Assembly (NCBI GenBank): GCA_963674705.1
Contig: OY771506.1
Span: forward strand, 3,552,001 to 3,616,000
DNA length: 64,000 nt
Direction of reading: 5' to 3'
DNA from: Phycisphaeraceae bacterium
GTDB taxonomy: Bacteria > Planctomycetota > Phycisphaerae > Phycisphaerales > Phycisphaeraceae
The notes under the pieces are model-generated. The model saw nothing but the letters and a program-made list of their open reading frames with translations, did no database searches and had not been told where the DNA came from. This document shows positions 51,653-61,770 of this stretch, in pieces. Position 1 is the first letter of the stretch. Every line of letters begins with the position of its first letter. Made by a program: the position numbers and the translations under genes.

Positions 51653-52211
51653 TGCCCCCCTCTGGTTCTTTGATCCAGTTGCTATGAGAGAATCGGTGAG
51701 TATGTAGATGCTTGCTGAGCCGTAGGGAGGGGCGCAGCCCCGACCGGAGGTTCAGGTGCGCTGGGCATGGATGAGTAACAATGGGGTGCAAGTCCCCAGC
51801 GGGGCCTGGCCCCCCAAACGGCCACGCACCTTCTCCACCGTGCGACGCCGCCGCTCGGGGTCTACAAGTTTGGGCGGGAGGCTTCCCGAAGGATCTGGAT
51901 GTCCAACGCCTGGTCCGCCACCAGCTTCTTCAGCCGCGTGTTCTCCTTCTCCATCTCCTTCATCTGCTTGGCCATCACCGGGTCCATCCCACCATACTTC
52001 GTCCGCCACCGGTAGTACGTCTGCTCGCTGATGCCCAGCTGCCTGCAGACCTCCGGCACCTTCAGTCCCTTGCCCAGCTCAATATCCGCCTGGCGGAGCT
52101 TGGCCACGATCTGCTCGGCGCTGTGTCGCTTCTTCATCGAGGAATCCTTTCCGGCCCGAGGCCGGCTGGATTCTCTCATATTCCCTGGATCAGGTTTTTA
52201 GGAGGGGGTCA
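51653..52211 (-). mobile_element. internally deleted IS3-family element (orfA intact at 51862-52137; orfB mostly lost)
   Basis: Imperfect terminal IRs TG.CCCCC...TGATCCAG...TATGAGAGAATC at both ends; OrfA MKKRHSAEQIVAKLRQAD...TYYRWR. Confidence 0.85.
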
Positions 52212-52524
52212 CACTCTCGGAAGCGCAAATAAATACCCAAAGCCACACCTATATCGGTTAAGTAGGGGATTGTCCTATATCAGATTAGCTGAAAAACCGC
52301 CCCTCTGCGTCCCCGATCCATCCCGTATGCATCGAAATACACAAGCCCCGCCTAGACCCTTCGTCGGTGATCTGCTTGTCCTTCTCTACCCCGGCCCTTC
52401 CAGGATGCAAGCCGCACGGAACCGATTAGTCCCGCCGGCATATGGGTTCTCCCAATAATTGAACGAGCAGATTCCCCCTTGGTAAGCCCCCTTTGTTTTT
52501 CATAATAAATGCAAATGGAGGCCA

Positions 52525-52685
52525 ATGATGTGCCCACAGAAAGCCTGGAGCGACAAAGATGAACGGCAATCAATATAGACACATCAAGCAGAGCCAGATA
52601 CAGCGGGGCCGCAGCGAGAGCAAGGCCGAGGAGGTCGCCGGGCGGACCGTCAACAAGCACCGACGCGAAAACGGCAGAGCCGCTA
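52525..52685 (+). pseudogene. frameshifted stress-type gene (AWSDKDERQYxHIK family)
   Basis: Joining frames gives QKAWSDKDERQ/YRHIKQSQIQRGRSESKAEEVAGRTVNKHRRENG; CAAT duplication at 52567-52574. Confidence 0.6.
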
Positions 52686-52906
52686 GATGTCCGGCCACCA
52701 TATGTATATGTGCATGTTGTTGGTTTGGATCGATCGCGGGGCGGATGAGGACTGGGGACAGATGTGCTAATGGGGCTTCTCACACACGTTCTAACAAATT
52801 ACGACCGCATCTCTGCTTCTCTGCTCATGGGGGCGAATCTATCCGAAATCTAACGGGATTGCCCGATGTCGCTTGCGTTCCCAAATTTACCTGCTAGAGT
52901 GCAGGC

Positions 52907-53050
52907 GTTATCGGAGTAGAACTCAGTAACATAGCTGCTCCGGCATCGGATGACTAGGTAAGGGGCAGGTCGCAAGAGCGGCAGGCCCGTTGACAAGTAA
53001 GCCGATGTGGTTCACTACCTTAGGGTGTGGAACCACATCGGCTTTTTTTT
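52907..53050 (+). ncRNA. structured leader/attenuator RNA, copy 4
   Basis: Promoter TTGCGT(52873)-N16-TAGAGT; GGAGTAG/CTGCTCC; conserved core; terminator followed by T8. Confidence 0.8.
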
Positions 53051-53073
53051 GTTGATTTCCTTGGCCGCTCAGG

Positions 53074-53117
53074 GGTAGCGGGGACTGGGTTCGAACCAGC
53101 GGCCGCCGGGTATGAGC
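53074..53117 (-). pseudogene. degenerate 3' half of a tRNA-Met (initiator-like)
   Basis: Minus strand: GCTCATACCCGGCGGCC-GCTGG-TTCGAAC-CCAGT-CCCCGCTACC. Confidence 0.65.
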
Positions 53118-53225
53118 GATTATCTAGAGGAAAGCCTAATGAAGACCCTGTCAGACTTGAATGATAAGACAATTGCAGATCTCTGAAATGTCGATTGGTT
53201 TTACCCACAGAAAAGGAAAACGACA

Positions 53226-53777
53226 ATGATTCATAAACTACTTGCGTGCCTCCTGACAACAACGCTGGCTGTTCCCGTATTCGCCCAGACCCAGCGCAAC
53301 AACACGACGGTCAACAATTGGGGACCGGAGGCGGGCGATTGGGAGTTCTCACTAGGCGGCGGGGGCACCAACGACAAGAACTTCGATAACGGCGGGTTTA
53401 ATGTGGATGCGGAACTGGGTAAGTACCTCACCGATGATTTCGCGGTCGCCGTGCGCCAGTCATGGAACTATACCGAAGTGAGCGGAGATTCCGTGTGGTC
53501 AGCCACCAGCCGCGTTGCGATTGATTACTACATCCCGCTGTTCGACGACCACCTGCGCCCCTTCATCGGGGCCAACCTCGGCTACGTTTACGGTGAAAAC
53601 GTCGATGACACTTGGGCCGCCGGTCCCGAAGCAGGTGTCAAGTGGTACGTGAAGGATGAGACCTTCATCTACGGCCGGGCCGAGTACCAGTTTCTTTTCG
53701 AGGACGGAGACGACGCGAGCGATAACTTCGACGACGGCATCTGGCTGTACACCGTCGGTATCGGCTTCAACTTCTGA
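53226..53777 (+). CDS. outer membrane beta-barrel protein
   Basis: Signal peptide; alternating aromatic strands; C-terminal GIGFNF. Confidence 0.85.
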   Translation: MIHKLLACLLTTTLAVPVFAQTQRNNTTVNNWGPEAGDWEFSLGGGGTNDKNFDNGGFNVDAELGKYLTDDFAVAVRQSWNYTEVSGDSVWSATSRVAIDYYIPLFDDHLRPFIGANLGYVYGENVDDTWAAGPEAGVKWYVKDETFIYGRAEYQFLFEDGDDASDNFDDGIWLYTVGIGFNF

Positions 53778-54139
53778 GTAGCCCCAGCGCGGGGTAGAGC
53801 AAATGACGGTCGAAGGTCCCATGCAATGCTTAACGACCAATTAAAGGCCCAAAGATGCTCCGCCCCGCATATGTTTACATTCACATGACCGGCAACCAAG
53901 TTCGTTCCAGATCCATGAGCAAGCCCATCTGATTATTCCGGGGGCAGGTGACGAACGCCGCTTGTACTATGCTAAGGGCTTGCTATGGATTTTTTATTCC
54001 ATCCATAAATCGCGACGTGATGCGGCCACGAATGCCTGATCTGCATGTTGTGTTTTGTAACCCGCAACGGCGCAGCGTGCTACGGAAATATATTTTTAAT
54101 CCAACGTCAGTTACCCGACAAATCGGCCCACCTCCGAGA

Positions 54140-54320
54140 ATGGTCCGCGTCAGTTCGGATACACGTCGCCTGAGGTGCCTTCCAGGTAAACATTGCCACT
54201 ACAGCCGGGTCGCCGTGACCGGGACCTGCGATATAAAACATATCGATGTCATACTTCTTGAAGGCCGCGGCGCTGGGAAACGTGATGCGGCTGAGTCGGG
54301 TTGTGCCCATACGCCCCTGT
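54140..54320 (-). pseudogene. phosphoketolase (xfp) remnant
   Basis: KKYDIDMFYIAGPGHGDPAVVA, then a frameshift to VYLEGT..DVYP. Confidence 0.65.
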
Positions 54321-54415
54321 TGGATTAGGCAAGAACCTGCTTCAGCGCGGCATGGTGTGACTCACGGCCTGACCCCGCCCCGGGCTCATTCGTACGCCGA
54401 TCGGGGACGGCTGCT

Positions 54416-57400
54416 ATGATGATCTATGGAGCGGGTCACCCGCTGTGGCGGTTTCGCAGCGCGAAAGGGAATAGGTGTATCACGGACAAATCATTTCCCA
54501 TTGTGGGGATTGGCGCATCAGCCGGCGGGCTGGATGCGATGACCGCACTCTTTGACGCGGGGCCTTCGCTTGCGGGCATGGCGTTCATCATCGTGCAGCA
54601 CCTGGACCCGAAGGGCGATAGCCATCTCGTTGATCTGCTCTCGCGACATACATCGCTGAAGGTACGGTCGGCGGAGGACGGGCTGACGATCAAGCCGAAC
54701 CATGTGTACGTATGCATTCCCAATCGCGACCTGGTCGTGAAGGACGGCTATCTACGACTGCTAGAAACCGATGCGGAACGCAGTCAGCGCCGGCCGATCG
54801 ATCGACTGTATGACTCGATGGCGTCGGCGTACGGCGACCACGCGATTGCGATGATTCTGTCGGGCACGGCGTCGGATGGGTCTCGCGGCATCTCAGCGAT
54901 CAAGTCCGCAGGCGGTATGGTAATGGTACAGGATCCGGAGACGGCAGAGTACGACGGCATGCCGCGTAATGCGATCAGCACCGCGCTGGTGGATCTGGTG
55001 CTGCCGATCGAGCAGATGCCGGAGGTGTTGCAACGGCTGGCGGCGCATCCGAGTGATGATAGCCTTGCGGTCGATGACAAGGAGCACGGTGGCGGGGAAT
55101 CGGATGGTATGCGCGCGTCATTGCACAGCATCCTGAGCGTGCTGCACGATCAGTTTGATTACGACTTTGCGGATTACAAGCAGCCAACGCTGCTGCGGCG
55201 CACGCAGCGGCGGATGAGCCTGCGGAACGTCGATGACATCGATGCGTATACGAAACTGGTGCGCGAGGATGAGAAGGAAGCCGCATCGCTGTATCGCGAT
55301 CTGATGATCAACGTGTCGAGTTTCTTCCGCGATCCGAAGGCGTGGGAGGAACTGGAGAAGCAGGTCATCGAACCGCTGGTGGCCCGACGCGAGAGCGGCG
55401 ATGAGATTCGGGTCTGGTCGGCAGGATGCGCGACAGGTGAGGAAGCGTACACGATCGGCATGGTGCTGCTGGAGAAGATTGAACTGTCGGGCAAGCGCAT
55501 CAGGCCGCAGATCTTCGCGACGGATGTCTCGGACAGTCTCGACGTCGCGCGGGTGGGGGTGTATCCGGAGACGATCGAAGCGCAGCTCTCGCAGGAGCGG
55601 CTGGCGAAGTTTTTCATCAAGCGCGAATCGACGTATGAAGTGAAGAAGCACCTGCGCGACCTGATTGTCTTTGCGCGGCATAACGTGATCAGCGATCCGC
55701 CGTTCTCGCGGATGGACATGATCATCTGCCGCAACCTGCTGATTTACATCGAGCCGGACACGCAGCGGAAGATTCTGGGGATGTTCAACTTCGCGCTGCG
55801 CGACGGCGGGTCGCTTTTCCTGGGCAGCGCGGAGACGATCGGCATGTGGGGGGAACTGTTCGAGCCGATCTCGGCACCCTGCCGCATCTTCCGATCGCGG
55901 CGGGTTGTTCATGCAGGACGGTTTGATTTTCCGAGGTTCTCGGTGACGGATCAGCGGCGCGGGGCGCTGGGCCAGACGAGGAGTCACCGGCCGTTGCGTG
56001 ATGAGTATCTGACGATGGCGCATCGCGCGCTGCTGGACCGGTACGCCCCGCCTTCGGTGGTGATCGACGCGGACCATCAGGTGCTGGTGTACCACGGCGA
56101 TACATCACGGTATCTGGGGCAGCCTGGCGGTGAGCCGACGCGCGATCTGCTGGCGCTTGTTTCGCCGGGCCTGAGGCCGCCGCTGCGTCATGCGATCCAC
56201 GATGCGGGCAGTGAGCGGCGATCGGCGACGACCGTGAATGCGTCCATCAAGGATGGCGAGTCACGCCGGCCGGTGAGGCTGACCGTCAGCCCGATCGGTC
56301 AGCCGCGCGATGAATCGCCGCTGTTGCTGGTGAGCTTTGAAGAGCCGGCGGAAACGGCGGATGGCGTTGCGCGTGAATCAGAGGACAGCGACAGTCGCGG
56401 CCAGACGGGCCAGACGGTCGATCAACTTGAAGAGGAATTACGCCTGACGCGGCAGGACCTGCGCGATGTCTCGGAGCAGTATGACCGGCTGGTCGAGGAG
56501 TACAGCACGTCCAACGAAGAGATGCTCTCGATCAACGAGGAACTGCAATCCGCGAACGAAGAACTGGAAACGTCGAAGGAAGAGTTGCAGTCATTGAATG
56601 AGGAACTCAACACGCTCAACAATGAACTACGCAGCAAGATTGAAGTGGTCGAGCAGACGAACAACGATTTGAACAATCTTCTGGTCAGCACCGAGGTGGC
56701 GACGCTGTTCCTCGACACATCCTACCGCATTCGCTGGTTCACCCCGGCGATCAAGGACGTGTTGCGGCTCATACCATCGGATGTTGGCCGGCCTATCAGC
56801 GATCTTGCGTCGATAGTGACGGGTTCGGACCTTGAACTGGCAGCGAAGGCGGTGCTGAAGACCCTTGTCCCGGATGAAACCGAAGTCAATAGCGAACAGG
56901 AACAGTCGTATATTCGGCGTGTACTTCCCTATCGCACGACGGACAACCGCATCGACGGTATCGTGGTGACATTCGTTGACATCACCGAGCACAAGAGGGG
57001 CGAGCGGCAGCGCGAGCGGCTGATGCATGAGTTGAGTCACCGCATCAAGAACACGCTGGCCACGGTGCAGGCGATCGTGCAAGGTGTGGGTCGACAGTGC
57101 AAGACTCTGCCGGAGTTCCTTGCCGCGTTCGAGCCGCGTCTGGCTGCGTTGGCCCGCGCGCATTCGCTCCTGACATCGCCCGGCGATGATCGCATTGAAC
57201 TAAGGCACGTACTCAAGCGGGAACTCACGCCGTATATCGATGACGATTCCGACCGCGTCATCATCGAGGGCGATGACATCGCGCTCAATCGTGAGCCAGC
57301 CATCGCGCTGGAACTGGTATTCCACGAAATGGTCACCAATGCCGTCAAGTATGGTTCCCTGTCCAACGAGACGGGGACCATCACCATTCGCTGGAATCGC

Positions 57401-57664
57401 ACGAAGAACGAGAGCGGCGAGCATGCACACATCGAGTGGGTCGAGTCGGGAGGCCCACCGATTGAATCCAAAGGCAATTCCGGCTTCGGCTCGCTGTTGA
57501 TCGAGAGCAGCATCGCCCACGATCTTGCGGGCACGATACACATGCAATTCAAGCCGGACGGGCTGCACTGCATGATATACTTTCCCCTCACGAAAGGGCA
57601 GGACAATGGCACCCACGAGAAGGTCGACAAAGTCGACACGGGCAGCGCTGCGGGAATCGAGTGA
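54416..57664 (+). CDS. CheB methylesterase-CheR methyltransferase-PAS-HWE histidine kinase hybrid
   Basis: GASAGG, VQHL, SGTASDG; WSAGCATGEE, CRNLLIY; coiled coil; ELSHRIKNTL, HEMVTNAVKYG, WVESGGP. Confidence 0.92.
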   Translation: MMIYGAGHPLWRFRSAKGNRCITDKSFPIVGIGASAGGLDAMTALFDAGPSLAGMAFIIVQHLDPKGDSHLVDLLSRHTSLKVRSAEDGLTIKPNHVYVCIPNRDLVVKDGYLRLLETDAERSQRRPIDRLYDSMASAYGDHAIAMILSGTASDGSRGISAIKSAGGMVMVQDPETAEYDGMPRNAISTALVDLVLPIEQMPEVLQRLAAHPSDDSLAVDDKEHGGGESDGMRASLHSILSVLHDQFDYDFADYKQPTLLRRTQRRMSLRNVDDIDAYTKLVREDEKEAASLYRDLMINVSSFFRDPKAWEELEKQVIEPLVARRESGDEIRVWSAGCATGEEAYTIGMVLLEKIELSGKRIRPQIFATDVSDSLDVARVGVYPETIEAQLSQERLAKFFIKRESTYEVKKHLRDLIVFARHNVISDPPFSRMDMIICRNLLIYIEPDTQRKILGMFNFALRDGGSLFLGSAETIGMWGELFEPISAPCRIFRSRRVVHAGRFDFPRFSVTDQRRGALGQTRSHRPLRDEYLTMAHRALLDRYAPPSVVIDADHQVLVYHGDTSRYLGQPGGEPTRDLLALVSPGLRPPLRHAIHDAGSERRSATTVNASIKDGESRRPVRLTVSPIGQPRDESPLLLVSFEEPAETADGVARESEDSDSRGQTGQTVDQLEEELRLTRQDLRDVSEQYDRLVEEYSTSNEEMLSINEELQSANEELETSKEELQSLNEELNTLNNELRSKIEVVEQTNNDLNNLLVSTEVATLFLDTSYRIRWFTPAIKDVLRLIPSDVGRPISDLASIVTGSDLELAAKAVLKTLVPDETEVNSEQEQSYIRRVLPYRTTDNRIDGIVVTFVDITEHKRGERQRERLMHELSHRIKNTLATVQAIVQGVGRQCKTLPEFLAAFEPRLAALARAHSLLTSPGDDRIELRHVLKRELTPYIDDDSDRVIIEGDDIALNREPAIALELVFHEMVTNAVKYGSLSNETGTITIRWNRTKNESGEHAHIEWVESGGPPIESKGNSGFGSLLIESSIAHDLAGTIHMQFKPDGLHCMIYFPLTKGQDNGTHEKVDKVDTGSAAGIE

Positions 57665-58487
57665 AACTGAATGCGATCGGTTGCTTGCCGGCCTGAGCAT
57701 TCTGATTGTCGAAGATATCGGCATGGTCGCCAGCGCCCTGAAAACCATGCTCGAAGAGCTTGGCTGCACCGTCGTCGGTATCGCGTCGCGTGTTGCCGAG
57801 GCGGAGAGGTTAGCGCGTCATGAACAGATCAACGGTGTGCTGCTCGATCTGAACCTCGGCGGAGAGTATTCGTTCGCCGTCACCGATATCCTGCATGAAC
57901 GAAACATCCCATTCATCATCATGTCCGGCTACGATGTGGAGCACCTGTGTCCGAAACTCGCCGATGAACCGCAGATGCCAAAGCCCTTCGACCGCGAGCC
58001 CCTGGAGGAGATGCTTCTGACGGTGTTCTGTGGTCAGAACCGTCGTAAAAAGCGCGCTGACGCCGGGTCGGCAAGTACGATCGGGCCGCACAAACCCCCG
58101 ATGAAGACGCGGGGCGAGCTCGAAAGCGCTATCTGCCTCGGCATGACACGCTTCGAGCAGGAGTACATGGGCCGCGGTCCGGCAGATGTGCAGGCACATC
58201 TCCTCAATGATTTTCTCATCATCCGCATGAAGTGCTTGATGACCGTCGCCGAGCAGCGCCTCGTGGAAAACTCGTCGCCGGAGAAGGGCCGCGATCTAGT
58301 CAAGAAACTGCGGACGCAGATGATGGAAGGTGCCCGCAAGCAGATCGACTCGATGATCCAGATCATCACCGGCGTGAGGGTACGATCACTGCATCACGAC
58401 ATCAGCACTCGCACGGGTGAGAAAGTCGTGATCTTCAGCCTCAGCGAAGAACCGACCTACCGGGAAACGAATCTGAGAGACCGCTAG
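57606..58487 (+). CDS. response regulator: REC domain fused to DUF2294 (MpsC family)
   Basis: ILIVED, LLDLNL, MSGY, KPF; then KTRGELESAI...FEQEYMGRGP...LHHDISTRTGEKVVIFSL. Confidence 0.85.
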   Translation: MAPTRRSTKSTRAALRESSETECDRLLAGLSILIVEDIGMVASALKTMLEELGCTVVGIASRVAEAERLARHEQINGVLLDLNLGGEYSFAVTDILHERNIPFIIMSGYDVEHLCPKLADEPQMPKPFDREPLEEMLLTVFCGQNRRKKRADAGSASTIGPHKPPMKTRGELESAICLGMTRFEQEYMGRGPADVQAHLLNDFLIIRMKCLMTVAEQRLVENSSPEKGRDLVKKLRTQMMEGARKQIDSMIQIITGVRVRSLHHDISTRTGEKVVIFSLSEEPTYRETNLRDR

Positions 58488-58585
58488 AGCATCCCCAATC
58501 CAATCGTAGCGCCTGTTGGGCACCCGTTAGGTTGCGCTCTTGAGTGTGTGGTTGTAACTTGGTTTCCGCATGAATCTCTTCGGTA

Positions 58586-58945
58586 ATGCCGCTGCTCTTC
58601 AGATTATCGACAACGTCGCCATCGTCTTGGGACACGGCCGAACGCGGCACCTCGGCAAATCCGTATGCGGTGTCCGCGGTGGCCCGCAGCTACGACGGCC
58701 TTAACCGGATGACACGTGAGAGCCAGAGCATCCGCGAGGGCACCACCCGGAATGTGGATTACGCCTACGACAAGTCGGCCAACGTGCTGACGCTGACGTA
58801 CCCGGGCGGCACGGTGATCGCGACCAGCTATGACGCGCTGCACCGCGGGGATGTGGTGAAGAAGGATGCCAGCCAGATCGCCGACTACGACTACGTCGGC
58901 CCCCGGAATACGTCGTTAGTTCTGGAGGCGGGGCCAACGACGTGA
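58586..58945 (+). pseudogene. RHS/YD-repeat fragment
   Basis: SYDGLNRMT, YAYDKSANVLTLTYPGG, SYDALHR. Confidence 0.7.
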
Positions 58946-59027
58946 CGCTGAGCCTGGCCTACGCCGCCAGCCCACACGCGATGTCCTGGTGCATTACGCG
59001 ATGTAACGTCAAGGGTCATGCCGATGC

Positions 59028-59642
59028 TCAATCCGAGACGCCAACACAGACCGACCAACTCTCAGCCCACTCCTTACGCAGTTGAGACAACCGGGCCGGG
59101 CTGATCCTGAAACGCTTCGCGACTCGCTTCGCCATCTCACCGGCCGCAAGCGACTCGATCATCTGCCTATCTCTGGCCTTTAACGAAGCCAGCCAACGCC
59201 CGCCATCAACACGGAGTGCTACTTGTTCTGGGATGGGTGTCTCCCGGTCTGCGACCGCTTCGTGCAGCCAGCCGGAATCGTGTGTGTCATCAGCAGATTC
59301 AGCATCCAGACTCTGCACGCCACATCCATGCCGTCGACGACCCAGGTCTGACATGACGTCACGGCCGGCTTGCGAGTTGCCTACACGCCGACCTGCAACC
59401 ACGTGCTTCACAGCGTTGCGTGCGAAACCAATGGTGCCGATCAGTTTGAGTCGGCCACGCCGCTTCATGGAGAGGTATGCCTGGAAGCCGGCGGCGATCG
59501 CTTCAGCCACGGCGTCTTCACGCTGTTCAGGGCGCAGATAGGCGAAGCGTCTTCGGGCGAGGTATGAGACGCGGGGCATTACGGCTAGGAAAGGCTGGTG
59601 TTCGTCGGTTGAAGGAGAAATATTTGTTGTGATTGTGGTCAT
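59028..59642 (-). CDS. ECF-sigma-factor-like DNA-binding protein
   Basis: REDAVAEAIA (region 2-like); C-terminal HTH VAKRFRISPARLSQLR. Confidence 0.6.
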   Translation of the reverse strand: MTTITTNISPSTDEHQPFLAVMPRVSYLARRRFAYLRPEQREDAVAEAIAAGFQAYLSMKRRGRLKLIGTIGFARNAVKHVVAGRRVGNSQAGRDVMSDLGRRRHGCGVQSLDAESADDTHDSGWLHEAVADRETPIPEQVALRVDGGRWLASLKARDRQMIESLAAGEMAKRVAKRFRISPARLSQLRKEWAESWSVCVGVSD

Positions 59643-59909
59643 GGGGACGCTCCTTAAAGAGACCGTCCCCATGCCGGAGACGGTCGTTGAAACGACCGCC
59701 CCGGTACGTGCGGGGCGTGCACAAGATTGATGATGTGGTTTAGTCGGCGGTGACTTGCCGCCAGTGTTCAGGTGTAGGTGAATAAAAAGATTCGCCTTGG
59801 CCCACGATGGTCCAAAGCGGGGCTTGGGTTGATGGGTGAGGGCTAAAGAGTCCTCATGGGATAGTGACGAGTTCGGGCCTTTAATTCAGCAGACGCTGCA
59901 GGGGGCATT

Positions 59910-60248
59910 ATGGTCGACCAGCCGGATGCACAATCCACTCAACGCCGAGCGTGGCGCAAGCGAATCCTTGCGTTTTTATTGGTGCTGGTTTCGTTTGCGA
60001 TGATCATATTCCTGATACCCTCAACCACGCACTACTCCAACTCGGGCGATCGATGCAGCCGCTGTTATGCCAGCTACTCGCACTACACACTCGACGTTCT
60101 GGGCGTCCGGGTGATCGACCGGTACCGGACCGACTGCAAAGGCACGCCCGAATTGAGAACCGCACAGGCTCGTTGCAGCCAACCGGCTTACACTCGCCAT
60201 GTTTATCTCCGGGGCGGCATCTCATCTTTATATTCGAGAAAACCTTAA
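59910..60248 (+). CDS. hypothetical membrane-anchored protein with CxxC
   Basis: TM helix; CSRC. Confidence 0.5.
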   Translation: MVDQPDAQSTQRRAWRKRILAFLLVLVSFAMIIFLIPSTTHYSNSGDRCSRCYASYSHYTLDVLGVRVIDRYRTDCKGTPELRTAQARCSQPAYTRHVYLRGGISSLYSRKP

Positions 60249-60477
60249 CGAATTACAGGCTGAGTTTCTGATCGCAAATATTCTTAAAGTCACAAGAACC
60301 GTGTTGCCTGCAATCTCAACCTCAGAACCAAACCAGTCGAAAGCGGCGGCGTCAGCGCGGAGGCATCGAACTCGGCCTCTGTCGTGCTGCCGGCGGTGGG
60401 GATGATGAATAGACAAGTGATAGTGCATGAGCGAGATCTAAGCATGTTTTCCGGTTCATTTATGAAGAGGCGCGACA

Positions 60478-61638
60478 TCATTCCCGCCCGATTTTCAGGA
60501 CTGACTCAGATGCACCGGGTGGCTTAGTCCAATCCATTATCTGGACTTCGTCAAAATGATATGGCTTGAGGCGAGACGGCTCGCTGGATAGCCGGGCGAG
60601 GATGGCCTTCTCGAATTCTCGAGCCTGTGTGCTGTCGAACTCAACGTAGTTCATGTCCGGATCGACGGCAACAAAGCGAGCATGCGCGTCGCCAACCTTG
60701 ACAAGCATAAAGGTGAAGGGGTTGAATCGTTCCGCGCTATCGTCCGAGCCGATACACAAAAAAAGGCCTTTTCGCAGCCGATCATAGGAAGAATGGCTTA
60801 GAGTCAACGGCGCTGACCGCCCCGGCTCTTTGCCATCTAGAACCGCGTTCGCGAATTGAGCGGCTTCGAGTATGCCTTTTCTTGATACCGTCTGAAAGGG
60901 ATCCGCTCCATCTTGCTCCAGAAGTCCACAGACTAGAAAGAGCAGGGCGACGCTCCGTCGTGTGTTCATTGCAGGCCGCTGTGTCCCACCCGGTTCATTG
61001 CTGTAGATTGACAGCTTTGAGGCCTTATGGCTAATGGCTTCAAACAGATACGCCAGCACCCTGGAATTGGTTGCCGTGTATGGACCGGACGGTGGAATGT
61101 CGAAGATCAACTCTGTGCCCTCATCCATATGGTCCAACAGACTGAGCGCAAGATCGAGGGCGTCACCAGTAGTCGATTTGCTGGCCTGAGGTGTGTGTTG
61201 TTTCCGTGGCCGGACACGTCGCGCAATGTTGAAGTCGAACAGATCTTTCCCACTATACGACAATTCTGTCGGTGCCTCTGTTTGTACGCATAATTCCTTC
61301 GCGACAAGTGGCAGCACATCACGCGGCCAACTATTTGACGCGAACCACACGCGGGCCGTATTGGGGTTGATGTTGTTTGCTTCAGCCCAGCTATTTGGGC
61401 TTCGTCCTTCGGCCTGCAGGACCGCTCTTAATACTTCCGAAAGCTTCACACGCTCCCCGGTCTCCTCATAATGCTTTTGGTATGCCACCAAAAACCGTAT
61501 TCGGTCTTGGATCCTCTCCCCCTCGGCCTCGACCTGTTCACGAGTCATGCCAAAAGCGGTTAGGTCATGGTGGTCCTGATCAACCGCCTCTCCCCGGTCT
61601 ATTGCTTCTAAGTCAGTTTTTTTCTTAGGATTAGCCAC
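60478..61638 (-). CDS. hypothetical protein with an XRE-like HTH region (repressor-like)
   Basis: LRAVLQAEGRSPNSWAEANNINPNTARVWF; divergent from phage-like genes. Confidence 0.55.
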   Translation of the reverse strand: MANPKKKTDLEAIDRGEAVDQDHHDLTAFGMTREQVEAEGERIQDRIRFLVAYQKHYEETGERVKLSEVLRAVLQAEGRSPNSWAEANNINPNTARVWFASNSWPRDVLPLVAKELCVQTEAPTELSYSGKDLFDFNIARRVRPRKQHTPQASKSTTGDALDLALSLLDHMDEGTELIFDIPPSGPYTATNSRVLAYLFEAISHKASKLSIYSNEPGGTQRPAMNTRRSVALLFLVCGLLEQDGADPFQTVSRKGILEAAQFANAVLDGKEPGRSAPLTLSHSSYDRLRKGLFLCIGSDDSAERFNPFTFMLVKVGDAHARFVAVDPDMNYVEFDSTQAREFEKAILARLSSEPSRLKPYHFDEVQIMDWTKPPGASESVLKIGRE

Positions 61639-61770
61639 GGTTTGTCACCTGGTAATATCCACTCGGTGCACCCAACATATACATCGGCGAAACGGCCCAT
61701 AAACTCATAATTCGCTAATTTTAAGCTAATTCTCTTGACATAGCCAGAAACGTCCGGTAATTTAGTCACC

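Noticed and set aside
53074..53084. GGTAGCGGGG as part of a c-di-GMP-I riboswitch
   Set aside because: The rest of that aptamer is missing, and the sequence is better explained as an antisense tRNA-Met fragment.
58586..58945. Functional RHS toxin locus
   Set aside because: Only a few YD repeats; no RHS core, toxin or immunity gene.
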